Part shown: piece by piece, positions 57,478-64,000 of the stretch | How the letters are laid out: each line of letters begins with the position of its first letter | How positions within the stretch are numbered: position 1 is the stretch's first letter | Source of the DNA: an uncultured bacterium | GTDB lineage: Bacteria; Krumholzibacteriota; Krumholzibacteriia; LZORAL124-64-63 | Direction: 5' to 3' | Assembly: GCA_963727525.1 (NCBI GenBank) | Contig: CAVSGO010000007.1 | Span: 512,001-576,000 of the forward strand | DNA length: 64,000 bases | Program-made: the position numbers and the translations under genes | Notes under the pieces: generated by a model | What the model was told of the DNA's origin: nothing | What the model saw: only the letters and a program-made list of their open reading frames with translations | The model's database searches: none

Positions 57478-58491
57478 ATGAAGTATGCCGAGAGCGGTGT
57501 GAACATCGACGTCGCGACGCGCGCGCTGGCGCGTGCGAAGTCGGCTATTCGCAGCACGTGGGATCCGCGGGTCAAGAGCGACGTGGGAGCTTTCGGCGGG
57601 CTCTACCAGCCGGCTCCCGGTGAACCGTATCTCGTGGCCAGCGTGGACGGCGTGGGCACCAAGGTGAAGATCGCGGCGCAGGTCGGACGCTATGACACGG
57701 TGGGGCAGGACCTGGTGAATCACTGTGTCGACGATATCCTCGTGCAGGGTGCGGAGCCGCTCTTCTTCCTCGATTACTTCGCCGCCGGCGTCCTCGAGGA
57801 GGACGTGCTACCGGCGGTGATCGAGGGCCTGGCCGCCGCCTGCCGCGAGAATGGATGCGCGCTCCTGGGCGGTGAGACCGCGGAGATGCCCGGCGTGTAC
57901 GCGCGCGGCGACTTCGACCTCGCCGGCGCCATCCTGGGCCGCGTTCAGCCGCAGGACGTGCTCGACGGATCTCGGTTGCGGGCCGGTGATCGTATCTGGG
58001 GCATGGCGTCCACCGGACTGCACACCAATGGCTACTCGCTCGCCCGCCGCGTGCTGCTGGAGCGAGCCGGGCTGGCGCTCGATGCCACCCCGGCGGGCCT
58101 GGATGGGTCCCTGGCCGACGCGCTCCTCGCCGTGCACCGCAGCTACCTGCAACCGGTGCGGGCTCTCTGGGACACCGCGGGCCGCGAGGCCGTGCATGGC
58201 CTCGCCCATATCACGGGCGGCGGGTTCTACGATAATGTGCCGCGCATCGTCCCCGACGGGCTCTGCGCGGTCATCGACACCACCGCCTGGTCGGTGCCGC
58301 CGCTCTTCCGCCTCATTGCCGACCTTGGCGAGGTGCCGCCACAAGAGATGTACCGCGTGCTCAACATGGGCGTGGGACTGTGCATGGTGCTCCCGCCCAC
58401 CGTTGATCCGGCCGAGGCCGGCGTGATCGCCTGGCCAATCGGCGAGGTCGTCGCGGGCGACGAGAAGGTCCGCGTGATTCTCGGGCGGTGA
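57478..58491 (+). CDS. purM: Phosphoribosylformylglycinamidine cyclo-ligase
   Basis: YAESGVNID, GAFGGL, DGVGTK, GAEPLFFLDY, GGETAEMPG, STGLHTNGYSL, AHITGGG, LNMGVG. Confidence 0.97.
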   Translation: MKYAESGVNIDVATRALARAKSAIRSTWDPRVKSDVGAFGGLYQPAPGEPYLVASVDGVGTKVKIAAQVGRYDTVGQDLVNHCVDDILVQGAEPLFFLDYFAAGVLEEDVLPAVIEGLAAACRENGCALLGGETAEMPGVYARGDFDLAGAILGRVQPQDVLDGSRLRAGDRIWGMASTGLHTNGYSLARRVLLERAGLALDATPAGLDGSLADALLAVHRSYLQPVRALWDTAGREAVHGLAHITGGGFYDNVPRIVPDGLCAVIDTTAWSVPPLFRLIADLGEVPPQEMYRVLNMGVGLCMVLPPTVDPAEAGVIAWPIGEVVAGDEKVRVILGR

Positions 58492-58529
58492 GCGGGGCCG
58501 CCGGACCGTCAGATTTTATAATTCGAATC

Positions 58530-58558
58530 TTGTCCTGTATTAATGGCATCTGTATAAT
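58530..58558 (+). promoter_or_regulatory. Strong candidate sigma70 promoter
   Basis: TTGTCC-17 nt-TATAAT with an AT-rich upstream element (ATTTTATAATT). Confidence 0.65.
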
Positions 58559-58626
58559 CTCGGCACCACCGCGACCGGAGCCGAGGTGAGCCGCACCTTC
58601 ACACCTGCCTGGCATCCCACCTCAAA

Positions 58627-58643
58627 TTGGCCCTAGTTTTGCT
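58627..58643 (+). promoter_or_regulatory. Candidate sigma54 promoter upstream of the lipoprotein
   Basis: TTGGCCCTAGTTTTGCT: GG 58629-30, N10, GC 58641-42. Confidence 0.6.
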
Positions 58644-58691
58644 GAAATATCAGATAATTCGCCATTGCGTGAACTCTGAAGGGGTGTCTCC

Positions 58692-60386
58692 ATGTCGGTC
58701 CCGCAAAATGCCTGTATCCGTTCGCGCTCGTTCGCGACTTTTGCCCTCCTCGTTTTCTTGGCGCTCGGATTGACGCTGGCCGCCTGCAGCGTCCAGGACA
58801 GTGCCCAGGATGCCCTCACCGGCCCGGAACGGATCCTGCCTGCCGGCGTGGCGATCACCGTGGCCGACGTCACCGCCCGCGGCCAGTACCCGGGGTTGGT
58901 GGCGAGTTGGAACCACGAGGGTGAGCGCTTCGACGCCCAGATCCAGTACCGGTGGATACCCTCGCCATCGAGTCCCGGTCATTCCGTTGGCTGGACCGTG
59001 GCGCGCGAGTTCAGCGGCGTTTACCAGGAGATCGGCAGCCTGGTGACGTCCGTGCCGTATATGGCGTTTCCCGGCGACCGCGTCGAGGCGCGGCTCTACC
59101 TGAAACAGCCCGGTGGCGAGGCGTTTCTCGCGGTGGAGTCGACCTATGACGTACCAGGTCTGCCGCCACTGCAGACGTCCGCCATGGCGCCGCCAGGCGA
59201 CGATGGCGCCCTCAGCTTCAACATGTCTTGCTACTGGTTCAACGACACCAGCGCGCCTCTACCACCTGCGAGCGACTTCGCCGGCATGGGGACCGCGATG
59301 GCGATGCACAACGTCGGTGACCACGCGTACTCCATCACGTCGTCCGGCGAGTTCGCAAACCTGCTGCAGGACGTGCGTGGTGGCGGCACCCCGCTCGTCT
59401 GGCTGCAATACATGATGTATCACGGCATCCTCAAGAGTGCCGACCAGGCTCCGGTGAACTCGATCCCGCACCGGCTCTATCTGGCCATGTGCGGCTCCGA
59501 TGGCACGGAGACGTTTCCGATGATCGCCAAGGACACGGCGGGCCAGCCGCTCGACGGTTGCCCCTCGTTCTGTCAGGAATGGGAAGCGAATCCCCTGGCG
59601 CCGGGCTTCATCGACACCATGGTCACGGTCTACGCGGAGGAACACGTGCGCGGCGGTCTGGCCACTTTCCCGTACGTCGGCGTGCTGGTCGACTACCTCG
59701 AGGCGAACTGGTACGGCTGGCGCTGTGCCGATGGTCACTGCGACGAAGTCGTCGACCTCGACCAGGACGGCATCCCCTTCGTGGACGACCCCGACGAGGC
59801 CGATGCCTTGCAGGAAGCTCACCACGTATTTCTGCGCCGATTGCGGGAGGTGATGGACCACGTCCGTGGCGACGACACCTTCATCATCGTCGGCAACGGC
59901 GACATGGCGCGCCATGCCGGCGGCGCCGAGTACCTGGATGGCGAACTGGTCGAGCGCATGGATCACTACGGCTGGTACGAGCGCAGCTGGATCGGCCTCA
60001 AGAGGGCGTTGCTCGACATGTCCGGACAGTTCGTCAACGCGAGGTTGCCGTACGGGCTGATCTTTGCCGGCGTCGACGCATACAACGACATGCGCCAAGT
60101 GCTGGCGATCATCGGCGGCGGCGGCCGCGGTCGCGCCTGCTATCCCGACGACGACAACTGGCTCGACCATCCCAATGTATGTCCCGACCCATCGAGCGTC
60201 GATCTGGGCGCCGTCCTCGACGTTGCTGTGGACGAGGCCACGACGACTATCACCGCCACGTGCGAGAACGGGTGGGCGGCGCTGGAGTGGGACGCCAGCT
60301 ATCCGTGGGCCTACATCGCGGTGCAGACGAACCGGGCGAGGCCCGACACGGTGCTCATCGGTGGCGGCTGGGCGCGGCAAGATTGA
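58692..60386 (+). CDS. Lipoprotein with a putative glycoside-hydrolase-like TIM-barrel domain
   Basis: Lipobox LAAC. GVLVDY..VDLDQDG..FLRRLRE..IIVGNG..LDGELVE pattern is reminiscent of hypothetical GH (GHL15-like) proteins. Family assignment is tentative. Confidence 0.6.
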   Translation: MSVPQNACIRSRSFATFALLVFLALGLTLAACSVQDSAQDALTGPERILPAGVAITVADVTARGQYPGLVASWNHEGERFDAQIQYRWIPSPSSPGHSVGWTVAREFSGVYQEIGSLVTSVPYMAFPGDRVEARLYLKQPGGEAFLAVESTYDVPGLPPLQTSAMAPPGDDGALSFNMSCYWFNDTSAPLPPASDFAGMGTAMAMHNVGDHAYSITSSGEFANLLQDVRGGGTPLVWLQYMMYHGILKSADQAPVNSIPHRLYLAMCGSDGTETFPMIAKDTAGQPLDGCPSFCQEWEANPLAPGFIDTMVTVYAEEHVRGGLATFPYVGVLVDYLEANWYGWRCADGHCDEVVDLDQDGIPFVDDPDEADALQEAHHVFLRRLREVMDHVRGDDTFIIVGNGDMARHAGGAEYLDGELVERMDHYGWYERSWIGLKRALLDMSGQFVNARLPYGLIFAGVDAYNDMRQVLAIIGGGGRGRACYPDDDNWLDHPNVCPDPSSVDLGAVLDVAVDEATTTITATCENGWAALEWDASYPWAYIAVQTNRARPDTVLIGGGWARQD

Positions 60387-60633
60387 GCGTGCGTCCGGCG
60401 TCCGACCACCGGGTCCATTTGGTGACAACCGGTATCTGACGTCATCATAATCGTTTACGGCCGCAACCTGACGAAAGGATGCGGCCGTTGCCGTCAACAC
60501 TCCTTGCGGACAGCACGTCCGGATCTCGGGACCGCGCCGGAACCTCCCACCGAATAGTCGATTACGCGCCTGCCTCCACGCGCGTCCATTCCGGAATCGA
60601 AACTGCAAGACCGGGTCAAGGGAGGTCGTTATC

Positions 60634-62187
60634 ATGGCGCACTGGCGAATCTGGGAAGAGGAACTCCGGAGTTTTCCACACGGCGGCCGTCGCGCCGCAC
60701 TGTGGATCGTCCGGTGCGAAGGCGTGGGGGAGTCGGCGCCGCTGCGATTGATGTGCGGCTGGTCGGCATCGGGACAGGCGGCGCCTTTGCCGCTATCGCA
60801 GATGCATCGGACGGTACGCGCCGGCGTTCCGGTCGAGGTCCGCAGCGAGGCGCGCGTCGGTGGCACGACCGCGTGCCTCGCGTGGCCCCTGAACGATGGC
60901 GAGCGCGTCGCGGGCGTTCTGGCCGTGGCCTTCGATCCGGAGCCGCCGTGGTCCGACGCCGCGCGCGCCTGGACGGAGACCGCTGCGGCCCGACTCGGTC
61001 CGCTCGTGCACCACCTCGCGCCGTGGCCCGGCACCTGGATCGGCACCGTTCCCGAGATGCCGCCGTGGCAGCCGTCGCTATTCCCGCCGGACGTGCTGGC
61101 CGCCACGCGTGGCCGACGCGGTCCCCACACACGCGAGGGCATCCCGCTGCCGCGCCCTGCCTTCGTCCCGGGCCTTCCGGGCGTGGTGGGGACCAGTCAG
61201 GATATGCGCCGCCTCGGCGACCGCCTGCGCACCGTCGCCGCCAGCGAGGTGAACGTGCTGCTGCACGGCGAGAGCGGCACCGGCAAGGAACTCGTGGCCC
61301 GCGCCATCCACCTCGGCAGCGTGCGGCGCGACGGGCCTCTCGTGGGGCTGAACTGTGCGGCCTTGCCGGAATCATTGTTCGAGTCCGAGCTGTTCGGCCA
61401 CAAGGCCGGGGCGTTCACCGGTGCGGGCCGCGACAAGCCGGGGCTGCTCGAGTCGGCACATGGCGGCACGTTTTTCCTCGACGAGATCGGCGACATGCCG
61501 CTCGCGTTGCAGATCAAGCTCCTGCGCGTGATGCAGGAGCGGCAGGTGCGGCGCGTGGGGGAACTGGACAGCCGGCTGGTGTCGATCCGTTTTGTCGCGG
61601 CCACGCACAAGGACCTCGACCGCGAGATCGCCGCCGGCGCCTTTCGCCTCGACCTCTACTACCGCCTCAAGGTCGTGAACCTCGAGATCCCGCCGCTGCG
61701 CAACCGGCCCGAGGACATCCTTGTGCTCTTCGGTCACTTCCTGCGGCGCGCCGGCCGCGACCCCGGTGCGGTGCGCATCACGGAGGCGGCAGTGCGGTCG
61801 CTGCTGCGTTGGCGCTGGCCGGGCAACGTACGCGAACTGGAGAACGAGGCGGCGCGCTTCGCCGCGCTGCACCCGCGCGAGGACGTGGTGCGCCTCGAGC
61901 ATCTGAGCTGGGACGTGCAGTCGGGTGGCGCCCCGACACTCGACGCGCATGATCTCGGCACGCTCCGGCGCCTGGAAGAGGCCAGCGAACTGCTCGAACG
62001 CTACCTCATCCGCAAGGCCATTGCCGCCAGCGACGGCCGCAAGGCTACCGCGGCGCGCCGTCTTGGCCTCTCTCGCCAGGGTCTCTACAAGAAGATCCAG
62101 CGTCTTTTCACCGACACCGAGCGGCGCGAGATCCTCGGTATCGCCGAGAGCAACAAGGCATTGGAGGTGGTGTCGGAAGTGACGTAG
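60634..62187 (+). CDS. Sigma54-dependent enhancer-binding transcriptional activator (AAA+ and Fis HTH)
   Basis: [74 protein letters not shown]. Confidence 0.95.
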   Translation: MAHWRIWEEELRSFPHGGRRAALWIVRCEGVGESAPLRLMCGWSASGQAAPLPLSQMHRTVRAGVPVEVRSEARVGGTTACLAWPLNDGERVAGVLAVAFDPEPPWSDAARAWTETAAARLGPLVHHLAPWPGTWIGTVPEMPPWQPSLFPPDVLAATRGRRGPHTREGIPLPRPAFVPGLPGVVGTSQDMRRLGDRLRTVAASEVNVLLHGESGTGKELVARAIHLGSVRRDGPLVGLNCAALPESLFESELFGHKAGAFTGAGRDKPGLLESAHGGTFFLDEIGDMPLALQIKLLRVMQERQVRRVGELDSRLVSIRFVAATHKDLDREIAAGAFRLDLYYRLKVVNLEIPPLRNRPEDILVLFGHFLRRAGRDPGAVRITEAAVRSLLRWRWPGNVRELENEAARFAALHPREDVVRLEHLSWDVQSGGAPTLDAHDLGTLRRLEEASELLERYLIRKAIAASDGRKATAARRLGLSRQGLYKKIQRLFTDTERREILGIAESNKALEVVSEVT

Positions 62188-62338
62188 CACTGACGTGAAG
62201 GCACTCGCCCGATGACGGTAGTGGTGCCCCCTTGCCGGCCTCCACGTCCCCTCCGTGGCTGCCCGCCCGGCTGACGATCATGGTGCCGACACCACGATCC
62301 GGACTTCCGTGCTCATCATTGCCGCCATAAACCCTCGC

Positions 62339-62367
62339 TCGACACCTCCGCACGGTCGGGCTACCTT
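62339..62367 (+). promoter_or_regulatory. Candidate sigma70 promoter positioned for leaderless lnt
   Basis: TCGACA-17 nt-TACCTT. ATG 62375 follows after 7 nt, with no SD. Confidence 0.5.
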
Positions 62368-62374
62368 GCCGGGC

Positions 62375-63973
62375 ATGAATCGCGTCCAGACGCTGCCGCC
62401 GGAGCGCAAGGTGTTCTGGCCCGGGTCCGTGACCTGGGCCGCGATCGCATCGGGTGTGATGCTGACCACGGCGTTGCCACCGATGCGGCACACGGCGCTG
62501 CTGGCGCCCGTGGCGCTGGCGATGCTCTTCCACCTGGTGCGGGTGTCTCCTTGTCCGGGTCGCACGGCCTGGTTCTTCGGACTGGCCCACCAGGCGACGT
62601 TGCTCTACTGGTTGTTCTTCCTCGATCCCGCCAAGTCCATCCCCACGCGCGCGCTCGTGCCGATCCAGGCGCTGGCCGCCATCGCCTACTGTGCGCTGTA
62701 TGCGTTGCTGTTCGGCGTGGTGGCCGGCCAGGTGCGCCGGCGTCTCGGCGTCGCGGCGATGCTGGTGGCGCTGCCACCCCTGTGGACGGCAGTGGAACTT
62801 CTGCGCGGTGCGGGCGAGCTGGGTTTTCCCTGGTGCCTCGTCGGCAGCGCGTGGCTCGACACGCCGCTCATGCCGCTGTACGCGAGCAGCGGGGAGATCG
62901 GCGTGGGGGCCGCCACGGCGCTCACTGCGGCGTCCTGCGTGGCGGTGTTCGATCTCTGGCGCCGTCGCCCTGCCGTGAACCAGGCCGTGCGCTGGGGGCT
63001 CGTGGGCGCGGCCGTCGTCGCCTGGGGCGGGCTGACCATCGGGGCCCACTGGCGCGGCGATGAGCCCGTGCCTGCGTCGTGGCGCAGCGAACCGCTCGAC
63101 GTGGGGGTGGTGCAGGCCAACGTGGCCCTGGCCGACAAGTGGGCCGACGCTGCCATCGACTCCACCAGGCTTCCGTACACCCGCCTCACGGAGGCCGCCG
63201 CGGCGCACGGGGCCGGGCTCGTGGTCTGGGCCGAAACGGCGGTGCCCGCATACCTGCGCTACGAACGGGACCTCATGGTCTGGGTGCGCGATCTCGCGCG
63301 AGAGAACCGGGTGCCCATCTTCGCCGGCTTCCCCGACGCCACTCGCACCGAGGAAGGGAAGATTCTCCGCTACAATTCGAGCGGCTACTTCAGCGCCTAC
63401 GGTACCCTGCTCCTGCAGTACGCGAAGCACCACCTCCTGCCCATCGGCGAGACCATGCCCTTCGAACGCTACCTGCCCTTCCTCGCGCACGTCGACGTGG
63501 GCCAGGCCGAATGGACGCCGGGCAACCCGCCGGGGCCGTTGCCGATGCAGACGGTGCACGGGGAATTTCCCTTCGCCTGCCTCATCTGCTATGAGGCCAT
63601 CTTCAGCGACCTGGCGCGCGGGGCGGTGCGGCGTGGTGCGGGTTGTCTGGTGAACATCACGAACGACGGCTGGTTCGGCCGCACGTCCGGCCCGCTGCAG
63701 CACAGCGATCTCTCGCGCATCCGCGCCGCCGAGTGCGATGTCCCCGTGGTGCGCTGCGCCAACAACGGTGTGAGTTACATCAGCGGGCCAGACGGCCGCG
63801 TGCGGGCCGAACTCGGCCTGCAGGAGCGCGGCTATCTGCTCGAACCCGTGAGTCTGCACCGAGGCGATACCTTCTACGTGAAGGCGGGCATCTGGCCGGT
63901 GGTGGGTTACCTTCTGGTGTGGCTCGCGTTCGGCCTGGTGCTGGCGCGCCGCGAACCGGAGGTAGACCGTTGA
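62375..63973 (+). CDS. lnt: Apolipoprotein N-acyltransferase
   Basis: Multiple TMs, GFPW, VVQANV, VVWAETA (Glu), YAKHHLLPIGE (Lys), LICYEAIF (Cys), NITNDGWFG, RCANNGVS. Confidence 0.96.
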   Translation: MNRVQTLPPERKVFWPGSVTWAAIASGVMLTTALPPMRHTALLAPVALAMLFHLVRVSPCPGRTAWFFGLAHQATLLYWLFFLDPAKSIPTRALVPIQALAAIAYCALYALLFGVVAGQVRRRLGVAAMLVALPPLWTAVELLRGAGELGFPWCLVGSAWLDTPLMPLYASSGEIGVGAATALTAASCVAVFDLWRRRPAVNQAVRWGLVGAAVVAWGGLTIGAHWRGDEPVPASWRSEPLDVGVVQANVALADKWADAAIDSTRLPYTRLTEAAAAHGAGLVVWAETAVPAYLRYERDLMVWVRDLARENRVPIFAGFPDATRTEEGKILRYNSSGYFSAYGTLLLQYAKHHLLPIGETMPFERYLPFLAHVDVGQAEWTPGNPPGPLPMQTVHGEFPFACLICYEAIFSDLARGAVRRGAGCLVNITNDGWFGRTSGPLQHSDLSRIRAAECDVPVVRCANNGVSYISGPDGRVRAELGLQERGYLLEPVSLHRGDTFYVKAGIWPVVGYLLVWLAFGLVLARREPEVDR

Positions 63974-64000
63974 GTCCGCTCGATCCCCTCGGCAAGGCCT
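63970..64000 (+). CDS. Start of the next gene (3'-truncated by the window), MSPLDPLGKA
   Basis: GGAGGT SD at 63958-63963 and TTG overlapping the lnt stop. Too short to identify. Confidence 0.35.
   Translation, partial: MSPLDPLGKA

Overview
High-GC diderm bacterial chromosome segment, probably from an FCB-superphylum candidate lineage (e.g. Krumholzibacteriota/Latescibacterota-like). This is inferred from FlgD-Ig/T9SS-type C-terminal domains, lnt and a short RpoD paralog. About 48 genes, all on the + strand. The housekeeping backbone is htrA-like protease, sigma70-family factor, M23 peptidase, amidase, CdaR-like, hisS-aspS-phoH-7TM-HD-ybeY-CorC-DUF502-mgtE-recO-glyQS, ppdK, arcC-purD-purE-tsaC-ywlE-like-rpiB-glyA-nrdR-tatC-polyprenyl synthase-rsfS-argS-pfkB, purM and lnt. 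Accessory parts: (i) an ~11 kb block of four large secreted proteins/lipoproteins between glyS and ppdK, behind a long structured leader; (ii) a VWA / lamin-tail / two-beta-barrel cluster with an apparent 1-nt frameshift; (iii) the most unusual element, a sigma54-type promoter followed by a LeuA-regulatory-fold-like protein, then an unannotated 14-codon Trp-rich ORF enclosed in a 29-bp long-range RNA helix, then a membrane HD-GYP phosphodiesterase; (iv) a sigma54-promoter-preceded glycoside-hydrolase-like lipoprotein next to a sigma54 activator. Candidate sigma70, sigma54 and sigma28 promoters and leaderless starts are visible. No rRNA, tRNA, CRISPR array or mobile element was recognised. All calls are by eye; no searches were run.
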